Positions 1-13,565 of a DNA stretch of 64,000 nucleotides are shown piece after piece. Below the pieces are notes generated by a model. The model searched no databases. It was not told the DNA's origin and saw nothing but the letters and a program-made list of their open reading frames with translations. A program made the position numbers and the translations under genes. The DNA lies in assembly GCA_009602735.1 (NCBI GenBank), contig WELA01001079.1, positions 1-64,000 of the forward strand, read 5' to 3'. This stretch comes from Mesotaenium endlicherianum. Its lineage: Eukaryota. The number at the start of each line of letters is the position of its first letter. The stretch's first letter is position 1.

Positions 1-1091
1 AAGCTAAATCCCGCCGAGCAAAATTATACAACCACGGAGCGAGAGGCATTGGCGATTGTACATGCCTTGAAGGTTTGACGCTGCTATGTTGAAGGACGCA
101 AGGTACTGGTCACCACGGACCACGAGGCGTTAAAGCACCTCCAGACGCAGCCGTATCTCTCAAGGAGACAAGCAAGATGGAGCGGATACTTGCAACAATA
201 CAACATCACNCATCACGATTCAGTACCAGTCCGGCAAGACAAACCCGGCAGACCCCCTCTCAAGACTGCAATTAAACGTCGTGATGACATCCCTGAAGAC
301 AGAGCTGGAAGCTTGATTTTCAGCCGCCTATGAAAGAGACCCTTACTACAAGAACGGAGAAGCAGCCTTCGACCCATACAAGAAGCAAGAAGGCAATTAT
401 TGGGTGAGGCAAGACTCGGGCCAGAGATGTGTTCCTAATGACTTAGACCTCCGGCTCTTGCTTCTACGAGAAGCACACGACAACCCTCTTGGAGGACACT
501 TTGGAATCCTAAGGACCACGGTCGTTCTAGCCAGAACTTATTGCTGGCCAGGCATGTCTAAGCAAGATTATTTCCCTGAACAACAGGCCTGCCGGCAGCA
601 AGTTCACTCCCAAGTGTTTGGGACCCTTCAAGATTATCCAACAAGTCAACCCCGTTGCTCTCAAGCTAGAACTTCCCCAGACTATGCACATCGACCCCGT
701 ATTCCACGCTTCCCTCTTCAAGCCATATGTGCAACCCGACAACAAGTTCCCTGGACGTGTGACAACCCCACCAGCCCCAACAATAGTGGATGATCATTTG
801 GAGTACGAAGTGGAAGACATAGTGGCTATGAGAAATTTCAGGAGACAGCAGCAATACTTGATCAAGTGGAAAGGATATCCAGATTCGGAGAATAGTTGGG
901 TGGCGGCGCACTACCTTGACAAAGTTCAGAGAAAGTTGAAGCGCTTCCATGCCGCCAACCCCCATTTTGGACCAGCCCCAAGTCTCTCTACTAGAAGCCC
1001 GAAGACTTCAAGGAGGCAGCCTGCCACCATCAAGAAGCAGCAGAAGACCCCTTGGAGGCAGCCTGCAAGAACAAGAAAGAGGAAACATTGA
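1..1091 (+). pseudogene. Ty3/Gypsy chromovirus (family 1) pol 3' part: RNase H, integrase Zn-binding region, GPF motif and chromodomain; integrase core deleted
   Basis: KLNPAEQNYTTTEREALAIVHAL...TDHEALKHL...RRQARW (RNase H); HDNPLGGHFG (integrase Zn site) joins GPFKII directly at ~560-620; EYEVEDIV...YLIKWKGYPDSENSWV chromodomain. Stops and frameshifts present. Confidence 0.92.
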
Positions 1092-1716
1092 CAATAGACA
1101 CTCTTCTCTTCTTGCAGTTTCTGGACAGAAAACTAAAACTGCTACTGGTGATAGGTCTCTGCATAATAAATTCTGAAAATTTACCTGGCTGTAGTCCATG
1201 AGTAGCCGGTCATTTAGAGTCCAAGATTGCTCAATTTGGAGCACTGGTGAGAGAGATATGATGCTCTAAGTAGAAGGGGGTCAGGCTGCTGGCATTGTTA
1301 GGGCAGAATATGCCTTCTGTCATTGTGCCCTCCCCTGAACTTGGAATGCTCTGAAACTCAAGACTCTGGTAGAACATCTTACAGCGCCCACTTTGAGACT
1401 TAGTTTGTAGCATTTGGAGAAGTATAGAAGGACTTCTGATATTCAAAAGGTTCTGCACAGATTTGGAGGAGTGCCTACTCTCTCAGCTCTCAACGACACT
1501 CCAGAAATTAGAATGCTCTCAAATTTGGTGACCCGGTAGAGTTCTCTGACGCGGTTCGTCAGGCACTCCAATTTTTAGATTTGGAGCAGTTCTGTGGCCG
1601 CTATAAATTTTTGAATTCGTGGCAGATTCTAGGCCAACTTGTACAATTTTCTTTATCATTAAGGAGTAGGCTAGCCAATAAGGTCACACCACCTACGACC
1701 TTGCCTAGTCTACCTT

Positions 1717-1830
1717 ACATGTGTAGCACCTGACTTGGCGCCTTTGACTAGTCCTCTTCAACATGTGTGGCATCTGACTTGAAACTGTTGACTAGTTTGC
1801 TCCACATGTGTAAAACCTGACTTGACGCGC
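1717..1830 (+). repeat. Three imperfect ~44-bp tandem repeats in the 3' UTR of the family-1 Gypsy
   Basis: acatgtgt(a/g)...ctgacttg...ttgactagt recurs at ~1718, ~1761 and ~1804. Confidence 0.7.
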
Positions 1831-1861
1831 CGAGACGTCGCTTTTTCTATCGGGGGGGTGA

Positions 1862-2374
1862 TGTAGTGATTTGAGTTATTATATATTAGTTTGCCTATAT
1901 TTTAATNCTTTTTTTTGATGTTTTCAAATATATTTGGAGTAGTTTTGTGTGGAGTCAAGTGTGACTAGGTACTCTTGTAACTTGGTTCATGTCCTTTGAA
2001 CCTTCCAAGGCATTTTCGAAGTTAGAGGAAAGACCTAGAAGAACTCCATGTGGCAAAAGTCAAATGTGCATTTTTAGGTCAAAAAGACGTGTACATTATT
2101 CTAGAAAGAGGTGGCAAATTTTGGGATGTGTTGGGTGCCAACACATCAACATACATTTTCCTAGAAATTACTTATGTAGCAAGTATATAAACAAGAGCTA
2201 GAACATAGAAAGACATTCCAGAATCACTCTTGTACTTGCCAAAATCCAGAAATATATTAACTTTCAAGAAGCCATCTCTCTTTCAAGAAGCTACCACTTG
2301 TGTTCAAAGATCCTTGTCTTGAATAGATAAAGTATTCTGTTTTACTAAGTACTTTATCTATCTGTTTCACTACA
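1862..2374 (+). repeat. 3' LTR of the family-1 Gypsy (513 bp)
   Basis: Inverted termini TGTAGTGA...TCACTACA; preceded by PPT cgggggggtga (1851-1861); an inverted homolog lies at 44729-45100 plus 56489-56611. Confidence 0.9.
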
Positions 2375-2989
2375 ATCTAGATCAAGAGGGACAGTGAGGC
2401 GACAACAAAGGGTGGATTTAGAGTGGAGAGGGGGTTCACGCACGTAGAGGAGGATGTGGGGGGAGAAAGAATGGAGCAAAGATTGCTTACTACGAATGTA
2501 AGTCCTGGAGAGCAAAGGGATGAGCAAGTCCTAGTGACCAACGTCATGGGCCAGACGAAACTTACAAAGGCTGCGCTTCAGTGTCTGAACCACACGTTCC
2601 GCTAACCCGTCTGGGGGTGATCACGCAAGGTTGTTCGATGGTTGATAAAAGAACGTTCAAGTATGTTAAATAACTCACCTTGAAATTTGGATACTTGGTC
2701 GGTCAAGACCCCCGCGCGTCAAACGGCACAAGACCAGTTCGGTAAAGGCTGAAGCAATGTGCATATTAGGCTTGTCCCCTAGGTTTAGAAAGTTGATCTA
2801 TTTAGTGAAGGATTTTATCATATCAACAACATAACAAAACCCACGCTTTGAGAGAGGAAGAGGGACTGCCAGATCCTTAAACCAACAATAGAACGTATCG
2901 CGGATAGGGAGTGGCTAGGGCTGCCCTCCAAAGGGGGGCACGTCGCCCCCTACGGGAAAAACAATAGGTCGGTAGAAGGTGTAGCGATA

Positions 2990-5900
2990 CAACCGGTACG
3001 CACGCAATCACAAATGAAGCATGTGCCCCCCACTGATAGTGCTCACTACGATCCAGTATACGGTCACGTTCATGAGTCACAAGGTACGGGTCCAGGCAGG
3101 AGAGTGCAAGAGCGGAGATAGTGGAGGCGAGAGCATCATGCCAGACATCAGACTGAGAAGGAGGAGGTTCAGATGGTACAATGGTGAGTGCCGGGAGGGG
3201 TAGAGAGACCCAAGAAGTTAGAGGCGTGCCATGCAGGAAGCAGCCGTTCTTGCTGCTGTGAGGCGTCACGAGCACAACCAGGGTCTAGGTTGAAAGGGTC
3301 GTGATTGCGACTAAGCCCATCAACATCTTGGTGCAAGAGCTCGACTTTATGCTTTATCGTGAAATTATACTCCACCAAAATTAATGCCCAGCGGGCGTGT
3401 TTACCAATGAGACGCTGGTTTGTCATAAGCCAGCGCAGGGGTTGATGATCAGCGATGAGAGTGAAGGGAGTATCGTCAAGATAATGTCAAAAGTGCACAA
3501 CCCCCCAGACAGCCGCGAGACACTCACCTTTGTAGGAGCTGAAGTTGCGTTCTGCTGCGATGTTGCTATGACGTGTTCGTGATTGTCATCATCACCTTGC
3601 TCAAGCACCGCACCCAGCCCAAGGTGGCTCCAGTGGGTGTGGAGAACAAAGGGTCGAGCTAGATCAGGCCGACACAAGATGGGAGCTGACGCTATTGTGC
3701 CCGTTAAGCGCTCGAAGGCTCTCTGACAGTCGGGTGTCCATTTCCAACTGACTTCTTTCTCTAACAGGGCATTTAGGGGTGCGGTTGCTGCGCTAAACTC
3801 GGGTAAAATTTACTGACAATAACCTGTCATGCCCATAAATGCGCGCAGCCGTGTGACATCCTACAAAATCGGCAAATGTTGGATTGCATCTACGTTGACC
3901 TGCTGAGGGGTGAGACCTCCTGGTACGATAAAATGACCTAGGTAGGCAACAAAAAGGGTGGCTATTTAAGTCCCCAGTAATCCCACACATGCGTTTTTCT
4001 GTATGATTCCCACTTGTGTCCTTTTTAGCAGGCATAACAATGGGAGCTGCAAAATCGGACATCGACTCCTTCATCATATCAGCCTTTGATAAGTCGGTAA
4101 CCTTCTCACGAATAATGTCATGTCTAACTTCAGCGTGCCGATAAATCCCTCAAAAGTACCGATTTTGTGTTAGTGAGATCGATGGTACATTGAGACATCG
4201 TACACCTTCCTAAATCCATATCTGACCGTGCAAAACAAGCTTTCTTCCGTTTCAGCACTTTATTGAATTCTAGAGTTTCCTCCTTAGTCAACTGAGTACC
4301 TAGGTACCACCGATCCTTCAGTTTGGATACAAAAGTATCAGATGAGGGGTCTGAGCACTACAATTGCTATGCAGGTGTTACAAATTCGGAAGAACCCCCC
4401 CCCCCCCAGCGAAAAGCATGCAACGGATAGGCTGGAATGTGGAGGAATGGGTCAGATCGCCGAGCATTGAGGACGAAGAGGACAAAGAAAAGCCATGTGA
4501 GAGCATGAGTATCTATGACCCGACCGAGGAGTTGGCACCGCTGAGAAGCAGATAAGGAGGGAGAGGCAGTAGCATGTGGATTAACACTATAATGAGCTTG
4601 CGTTTGGACGCGAAAGGCTCAACGTACTGGTGGGTATGGGAATCAAACAACATGCCAAGTCCATAGTGACATTATGCAAAAGAATGGGGACGGCTGACGA
4701 GAGTGGGAAAAGCGGCTCGGGGATGTTCTGAGAAGAGTGACTCGGAGGAATGACTTCCATGGGACAACGGTGAGGGGCCAGTGCGGAGATAACGGCGATG
4801 CGAGGGGGATGCAAGTGTATGTGGTGAAGCATAGGCTCAAGTGTAGTGTGAGGCACAAGGTTTTCCCAGAACACTCGCGAACAATGGGCGTATGATCCAA
4901 CAGCGGCGATGTCGAGGTTAACGTCAGGCCCCAGGGTGGAGGTGATGGTGAGGAAGTCAGCAGGGATGTGAGCACGATCATCATCCGGGGAGTTTTTGTT
5001 TTTGAGCAGGTAGGTAAGCAAAGAGAACTAGGAGGTCTGGAGGAGACCTAAGACACGGATAAGCTCTAAAAATAGTCCGGATCGATGAATAGCAAACCCC
5101 TTGCCACGACCTGCGCGAGAATGACCCTGACACTCCCAGCCGTCGACGACAAGATTGACTTGACCTATGGCATGCAAGTGATCCTGCAGGAGGAGACAAA
5201 TATGCTGAGGCAACGCGGGATAGGCTGTGTGATATGCGGATGGAGGAAGCAATGTGGGAAAGGCAAGGTGAAAAGCCGCCAGGTGTCTTTGAGTTGCCAG
5301 CTGTGCAACGAGGTCGACATTACAATAATGGTAGTGTGCAATACAATGTCCACTCTGCAGGAAACCAGCAACGGTAGAGAAGACCCCCACAAACAAGTCT
5401 AACATTGTGATCCCCTCATGGGGAGGCAGCCGCGGACTGAGTTGAGTTAACAATCGGGAGAGAGGGTATGAGAGGTAAAGGGGAAGGAACGGAGGGGGAG
5501 ACCTTAGGAGAAAGGGAGGGATTGTGTAGGGCTGCGTGGATTTGCAAAAGGGTTGCAGAAGGGATAGTGCGGGATTGGAACGGGGAGGGTAGGTCTGTTT
5601 GAGCACAATATGCAGGAAGAGAATAAGGTTCAGTGTCGTGAAGGAGGTAGGAGGGATAGGGGAAATCACTGATGCAAAAATCATTGATGGTACTTGTGAA
5701 AGCGGCGGCCACGGGGCATGCGAGAAAAGAAAGAGTATGTGTAAGAATGAGGGGAAGAAAATCCAGATGGTGACCGAGAGATTTGAATTCAACCCAATAC
5801 GTAGCGATGCCTTGCCATAAGTGAATGGTAAGCTCGATGAGTAAGTTGAATTCCTGATCCAAAATGATATTGTAAGCGGTGGACTTGAAGACCATGCATT

Positions 5901-7830
5901 GGGCATAGAAGGTGACAATGGTAGGCGTGTGGGCATTGAGAGTGATAGGAATACAACGAAGGATCTGGTATGCGGTGTGGTTTAAGAACGACATGGCAGT
6001 AGAGACGGGGTCCAGGCAAAGCTCGAGATCGGCTGCGGTGATGTTAAGGTGTCGACACATGACTGCACCCAAGAGGACCGGCTGAGCATTCTTATCGAGA
6101 ATGACCACACGTGGAGCGAGACCCGTAATGAGGAGACAGGCATATTGGTTGTCAAGCATGACGTTATGAGGCAATGCATGCTGCCGTTTAAGAGGGGTGA
6201 GGAACAAGGGATGCGGGATTGACTTGGGTGGCAGCGGACCTAGCTATGGAGAAGGGGTGAAAGAAGGAGCAACAGGGGACAACCTACCTGGCAGCAACGT
6301 CGAGGCTGGCGATGGAGAAGACCTCGCAAGGTAGGCGACCAGAGGGGGCGCCGATGGACAAATTATAGAGACTGCCGAAAACATGTGAGGAGCTGGTACT
6401 GGTGGGACGATGGAGCGCGGACGCCAGCGAAGGAGCTCGTGCGTGATCTATTTTTGTGCCTGTGTGAGAGCACCGGAAGACATTGTGAACAAGGATGGAG
6501 GGAGCAAGGCACCGACTTGTAGGTGAGAAGCAGGCGGGAGAATGAACAGTGCTGGACGGGGATTAACGGAAGTCGGAGCCGGGGCCGTAAGAGCTGGGCG
6601 AGGCAGGAGCTAGCCAGGATCACTTGAAATAGGGAAATCGACTGACCCCTGCGGTGAAGAAGGGAGGAACTCCTTAGCACGCCGAGCATAGGTGACCTGA
6701 CCAATGCAAGAGGTAACAGTGTAAGGCAAATGCTCAGGAATCGACTCCAATAATTCCTCGGCAGGGCTTGGAAACACTTCGGCATCATCGCGAACGGCAG
6801 GCACGGACGTAGAGATCGCCGGGGTAGGGAATGCCAAAACTTCGTCCGTCTCCCCACCACCAACGCTGTAGGGTGGGGGCGTGTGTAGGCACGGGTCGAC
6901 GTTGTCGGACGCGTAGGCTAGGAGGTGGAGGCAAATCCGCCACCACTTGGCATACAAAGTGGGCCGCAGCAAATCGCGCTCGACAAAAGCCGTTGCCGCG
7001 CAGGTTGTCACACATCAGCTGGGCCTGCAGCTGCGCTGCGGGGACGTCGTCGGGAAGGATGACCAAGGTACCTGCATCACTAGAGCAAGCTAACGCATCC
7101 CAAACTAGGCTACCGGGCGTGAGCAGGTCCTAAAGTATCGTCTGGCTCAAGAAGGTCGAACCACCGCGGAAGTTGGGCAGATTGCTCAACACTTCGCCCG
7201 CGGACCCACAACTGGTGCGGCAGGTGCCTCATGGGCAGCCACACGGCGACTGTGAACAGCGTGGACACCTACGACGTGATCACTGTTCTCCTTCTCAGTC
7301 ACATAATATGCGCCGAATGGAGGTCTGGAGAACCAAGAGATATAGGCAGAACCAAGCTCACGTGGCGGAATGGGGTGCAAACCAAAAAACTAAGCAGCAA
7401 CAGGATTAGGCTGCAACCCAGCGCGACGGTGAATGTCCTGCATCTCAGCTTGCATTGCAGCCAATTGGTGACGCATGAAGACCACCTGAGATGTGAGAGT
7501 TAGAGTTAGGGTAAGGGTTAGGAATACGGATAGACTTAGGGTTACGCTTAGGGTTAGATTAAGTTTCGAGTTAAGGTTAGGAACCCCAGCCTGATATGCA
7601 CATTGGAATGGACCAAAAATTGATGGATCGGGAGAAGGATATCCCGCAAAGCTGCTATGCTGAGGTGGGAATCCCGTGGCACCAAGATAGAAACCCGCAA
7701 ATGTAGAAGGTAAGGAAGCATAATAAGATGGCACCTGCGCTGTCTGGGTAGCACTAGGGGTGACAAAAGGGCCCGTGTCCTTTTTGGGCTTGAAGGTCCA
7801 GCCAGTAGGAGCCAGATGTGGATGCAAGAG
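2990..7830 (-). mobile_element. Decayed Ty3/Gypsy element A: gag - protease - C5 DNA methyltransferase - RT (core deleted) - RNase H; integrase missing
   Basis: Degenerate protease VILDKNAQPVLLG (~6080-6110); MTase motifs; RT SDFAAPIVMPAKKD...EKRMCG then YLGH...RLRAFMGMTGY; RNase H RPDLARPFVLHTHWSHLGLGAVL and GKHARWALILVEYNFTIKH...DGLSR. Confidence 0.85.
4490..5415 (-). pseudogene. C5 cytosine DNA methyltransferase domain inside the element-A polyprotein (frameshifted)
   Basis: Motif I ITMLDLFVG; motif IV VDGWECQGHSRAG; motif VI-like AYLLKN; motif VIII AVGSYAHCSRVFWENL; TRD FPTLVS...GLGMLFD; motif IX EPFASKR; motif X QRCQLLGRVIDTHALTW (read across frames). Confidence 0.85.
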
Positions 7831-7836
7831 GAAACA

Positions 7837-8576
7837 TGAAAGGGGCAGAGGGCCCTACTGGAAGCGTACTGACCTCACGAGGGAAAGAACTAGTTGCAAT
7901 CATACTAAAGTGTGCAGCGGCATCTCACTAAGAAAGTTGAGGAAAATTACTTGACATCTTGACTCGCAAGAAACTGCTCACACATGATGTAGGATGGAAG
8001 GCCTTGTCAATACAAATCCGTGGAAAATTACAGAAGGGAAAATTGATAACAAACAGACAAGTTATGTCTACTTATAGTTTTATGCAAAAATGCTTCTCTC
8101 TACGAGGAAGCTACGGAATTTCCAAAGTGTTAGTGAAATCGTCCCTTCCAAAATTTTTATGAGTAGGCCAGATCAGTCTCATCTGACGTGTCGGGCCAAA
8201 TTGACGTCCACATACATGCATCGACATTACTAGAATATTCTTTCTTAGGCGCGCTAAGCTACACCGAAACTTTGAGGTAGATCAACCTAGTCAGCACTCC
8301 GTGTTAGCCAAACTTACGTGAAGGTTCGAGTTCACTCTAACGGCCCAGATTGCTCGACGCTGTCGGTCAATCCGACGGTCGCGCTCACCGCGAATTAAGG
8401 ACAGACGTCTACCGACCTCAAAAGAAATTAAACTTTGAAAATCTATAATTCTCTCAATACTAAATTCGATGAACTTTATATAGAAATGACCACATACATG
8501 CACTCTAGACTTCTATGCAATCAAAATTTATCTTCATGAAACTCAAAAATGCACTTTATAAACCTTTGACCTTACA
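7837..8576 (-). repeat. 3' LTR of element C (family 2)
   Basis: TG...CA termini; homologous to 13566-14329, 45119-45861 and 50008-50748. Confidence 0.9.
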
Positions 8577-10357
8577 TTATCCCCCTCCTCAAGATGCGAC
8601 GTTCTCGACGCATTTTGCAAATAACGTCTCAACTTACTCTCACAATGAGTGTGTTTGGTGTCTAGCTCCAAAGTGTTGTTGTTCGCATGGTAGCCTTTCC
8701 ACTTAAGTAGATACTCTTGAACAAGTTGATCTCGCTTGACTTGTCGATCGCCGACAATTGCCTCCACTCCATACTCCAATGCATCATCGATCTCGACTGG
8801 TGGTGGCGATGTAGGTAGTCCTCCTGGATGTCCTTCATTCGGGTCAACGTATGGCCGCAAAAAATTGACATAGAACACATCATGGATGCGCCAGCATGAA
8901 GGAAGGTCCAACTTGTAGGTCACTGGATTAACCTGCTTGAGCACCACAAAAGGACGTGTGAACTGTGTTCGCAATTTCCTCTTGCCTGTGAAAGGTAGAT
9001 TCTTTGTTGACAAGAGTACTTTGTCACCCACATGGAATGTCACTTCCGTCCTGTGCTTAATAGCATGCTTGACTAGCTCATCTTGTGCCTTCCGATTACA
9101 AGTCTTTGCCATGTCCCATGTCTTGGCCATCTGCTCCATCAAAGCTTGTGAAGTGGAAACCTGAGTCTTTTTGGCCTTCCCCAACAAGATGTTCCCTGGA
9201 TGGTATACTTCTCTCCCATAAACAATGGTGAATGGTAACTACTTTGTAGATCCTTGCATGATGTTGTTGTAGGCAAACTCCAAGCCTAGTAGCTTCTTGT
9301 CCCACTCTGAAGGGTCTTCCATACTGTAACTTCTGAGCACCTCTTGCAGAATTCTGTTGAGCCTCTCACTTTGCCTGTCTGTCTGAGGATGTTAGGAAGT
9401 GCTTATACTTAGCTTGATTTCCATCAAAGCAAACAATGATCGCCAAAAGTTGCTACTAAACCTTGGATCCCAATCTGAAACAATTACCTTCGGCATCCTA
9501 TATAGCCTAAAAATATGAACAAAGAATAGCCGTGCCACATCTGTTGGCGTAGAAGTCTTCTACATGGAAATGAAGTAAGGCTTCTTGCTGAGCCGACAAG
9601 ACACAACCCAAACTGTATCGTGCTCTTGACCACTCACTGGTAAAGATCTGCTACCAAGGATACTCTGGAATAGGCAAGGGTTGCAAGGTACCTCCCTTCT
9701 TTTGATATGGTATCTTGTTGCGCTGGCACGCATCGCACCTCCCGATCCACTCCTCGATGTCCTTGTCCATATTTCTCCAATAGTACTCCCGCTTCAGCAC
9801 GCTTGCCGTCTTCTCGCTTCCAAAGTGTCCAGCATATAAGCAGTCATGATGCTCCGCAAGTAGTAAGTCTCGTAGCTCCTTGATGTTAGGTACCACCACT
9901 CTCTTGGAATCACCATAATACCATATGCCGTCCTTCTTCTGCATACTCAAGTTGGACTCAGCTGCACCACCATCAGCAAACTGTGGGTTCTCCTCATAAC
10001 CTCTTTGAAGCTTCTCCTTGAAGTCCATACTCTCCTTGATGATTGAGACAACTGCAAAGTCAGACCTTCTGGATAAAGCATCTGCAGGGTTGATCTTTCC
10101 AGGTAAATACTCAATCTTGTGGCAAACTGTTGCGAAAATTCCATCCACCTTGCCTGTCTTGGTGTCAACGTTGGTTGCGTCATAAACTTCTCCAAGCTCT
10201 TGTGGTCGGTCTTGATGAACACCTTCCGTTCGTCCACATAACATCGCCAAATCCTCAAAGCCAGGATAATAGCCAACATCTCCCGCTCGTGTGCTGCATA
10301 ATTCAGCTCAGCAGGAGTCAACTTCCTGCTCTCGTATGCCAGAGGCTGCAATCCCTT

Positions 10358-10680
10358 CAAAGTTACGCCATACGCGTATCAGCCCAAAAAATTAGGCGTA
10401 TTCAGCGTATTTGGATAGAATTGAAGTGTAAAAATGAACCTTTTTTGTTTGGAGGGGGGAGGTCAATAGATTGTGTTCAAAGCATGGTGTATCGTCCTAA
10501 TAAGTGTCATATATCTTCAAGTTTCTCAAAAAACTCGATTGGAGTAATTTTGTACACATGCCGTAAAATAAGGCGTAAATTGTGATGCGTACTAAGCGTA
10601 TCAAGCAATTTTTGTTGTGACAAATTTAGCGAACTAGAGTATCTAGCGTATTAAGCGTATGAACGTACGGCGTAACCTTG
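10358..10680. mobile_element. hAT-type MITE (323 bp) inserted in the RNase H of element C
   Basis: TIR caaagttacgccatacg...cgtacggcgtaaccttg; 8-bp TSD aatccctt/attccctt (one mismatch); splits LLQD-GK/GLQPLAYESRK; second copy at 59636-59984. Confidence 0.88.
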
Positions 10681-13565
10681 ATTCCCTTGCCCTAGTCCTG
10701 GAGAAGAATGGCCCCCACTGCGAATTTTGATGCGCCTGTGATGATGGTGAAAGGAAGCTCTGGACTTGCAATTGCCAACACAGTTGCCTGTGTCAACAGC
10801 TCCTTAATCTTCTCATAAGCTTGCTGCTCCTTGTCACCCCATAGCCACTTCTCTTGCTTCTTCAACATGTCCGTGAGCGGTGCATACAAAATGGAAAATC
10901 CTTCAATGAAAGGTCGATAATAATTTGCCAAACCGAGGAAGCTCCTGAGTTTATGAATATCAGCAAGTACCGGCCAATATCTGACTGCTTGCACCTTCTT
11001 TTGCTCCACCTTGACTTGTTCATCTCCCACTATGTGCCTAAGAAACTAGACCTCGTTGAGACAAAAGTCGCACTTGCTCATCTACCCATATAACTCCTGA
11101 TCTCTCAAGACCTCTAACGCCTTCCTCAGATGCTCCACATGCTCTTCCAAGGTCTACAAATAGATTAGGATGTCGTGCAAAAATACCACCACAAACTGGT
11201 CCAAGTAGGGTCGGAAGATACTATTTATGAGTCCCATGAATGTAGCACGTGCATCAGTCAACCCAAAATGCATGACTGTGAACTCATATAAAGCATAGCG
11301 ACTCCTGAAAGCACTCTTCGGAACGTCTCCTTCCGAAGTCCTTACTTGGTGATAGCCACTCCTCAGGTCAATCTTCGGGAAATACTTCACCGCGACAAGC
11401 CTGTAAATCAACTCGTCCACTCGTGGAAGTGAGTACCTGTTGTAGATAGTGACCTTATTGAGTGCCCTGTAGTTGACACACATCCTCATACTCCCATCCT
11501 TCTTCTTCACAAATAAGACTGTCGCTGCAAATGGAGACTCGCTGGGTTGGATGAATCCCTTCTCCAACAACTCTGTCAGATGCTTCTTCAACTCATACAA
11601 CTCCGCAAACACTTTACGATAGGCGGGTCTCAATATTGGCTTGCTCCCTCATTCCAACTTGATCTTGTGCTCCATAGCTCTCTGGGGAGGTAATCCTGTA
11701 GGTAGCTCCTCAAGAAAAATGCACTTGAACTCCTCCAACAGCGCCTTAATTTGGGCAGGCATCTCAGCAGGCTTCTTCTCTTCAGCAGTTGGGCTCTGCT
11801 CCTTCTGAGCAAGGCAATCAGACACCACCACTTGCTCCTCCAGCGATGTACATTTGCCCAGGCTGTTAGGATTCACGCTTGCTCCATCTGATGACCTGGC
11901 CAGGGCCACCGAAACAAGGTACATCTCCTTCACCTGATTCGTCCTGCATAGCTTCTTAACTTGCCGGCTCGACAGAAGACAGTTACTTGTGGTCGTATCT
12001 ACCTCCACCTGTTTCGCTGTCTTCATTCGACCATCACGCCCTTGGACCTTCACTAGTCATGTGCTCTACTGCACTTGAGGGTTGGCTTTCCTCTGCCATG
12101 GTCGGCCCAATATGACCTCATGGTGACCCAACTCTGCCTGCTCCATAACTTCCACAACTTCCATAACTCCGCCTGCTCCACAACTTCCTTACTCCGGTGC
12201 CCCGCTACTTCCACGTGAATAGCATCCGTAGGTGCACCACACTTGAGTCTCTGCCCATTTGCCAAAAGTGCCTCCTTAGGCTCATAATGCTTCTGCAGAG
12301 GGATTCGCCACTCTTTCACCAGGATCTTGTACACAAAGTTTGCACTTGCGCCAGTGTCGACCATACACTTTGCCTTATTGGCGTCGACTACTCCTTCCAC
12401 GATGATAGGCTTGTCAACGTCTCGTCTTTCGCTTCTCGCCAGGCTCCTGGGGATAACCTCCTTGTAAGTTCTCGTCTTCACGCCAGTAGACACCCCAAAA
12501 TGACTTATCGGCGTCCTCCTTTTTGCTGTTGCTGAGGTTTCTTCGCATCCACATGACAATCTCAAGCCAGATGTCCAAGCTTGCCACAATTATAACAAGG
12601 TCCTCACGGCTTAAAATTTTGCTGCTTGCGCTGGTTTTGAATAAGTCCCAACTCCATAGGTACTGCACCTTGAACACTTGTGCTTGGCGCTTGAGGTCCA
12701 AAGTGTCGATATCCTCCAAAGTTGTGGCTGCCCCACTGTCTCTGACTATACTCCACAGCGTCAACCCTTGTTGCTAATGCCATCATTTCTCCAAGACTGG
12801 TTGGGTCCTTGAGCGCCACTTCCTTGGCCACAATTGGCTTGAGTCCTCTCTTGAACTTGTCCATCATCTCCGACTCGTGCATGGATGGACATTGAAGCAC
12901 CAGCTCGTTGAAGCGCAAAACATACGCTTTCTCGTTGAGGAATGCGCACCAATACATCTCGAACTGTAGCCTCTGGTGCATTTGGTTGAAACTGCCTCTT
13001 CAAGCCTTCAAATAGCTGATCAACAGTAGCGGGAACTCCAGACAGCTGATCCTGTCGCTCATACCAAGCTCCAGCACTCTTCTTCAGCAAAGTATTCACG
13101 AAGGCGACTTGCTTGTCGGGCGTGAGCGCAGAATATTCCATAAACTTCTTCACTCCAAAAATCCACTGATAAACAGGCGGCGATCCACGCTCTCCTGTAT
13201 ACACTTCAGGCTTAGGCGCACGCACTCCTGATGGGGGTGGAATAACTGGTTGCACCACTTGGTTAATATGAAATGGTGGTACAACGGGTGCAGGTGCTGA
13301 ACTCGTCAAAGCGACATTCCCAACAATAACCCGCTCCATTCGCTCTACCTCTGCGCACATATTTTTTTGAAATTGGGCATAGACTTCTCCTCCAATTGCA
13401 TCCGCCATTTACCTTAGCATCGCCTCCATCTCTTGTTGCTCTCTGGTCATCGTTGGTGCTGCGCGCTGCCCCGCGCGCTCAACATGCTCCACATGTTTGC
13501 CTGCTGTTGCTGCCGACTGCGACTCCATAATATAATACGCAAACTAGACTAGCTCCGACACCACA

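Noticed and set aside
1717..1830. CRISPR-like repeat array
   Set aside because: Only three imperfect tandem units without unique spacers, in a retrotransposon UTR, and no cas genes.
7495..7585. Degenerate TTAGGG-like run resembling an interstitial telomere
   Set aside because: Short, highly imperfect and within the gag region of element A, where (cctaac)n on the minus strand can encode a Pro-Asn low-complexity tract.
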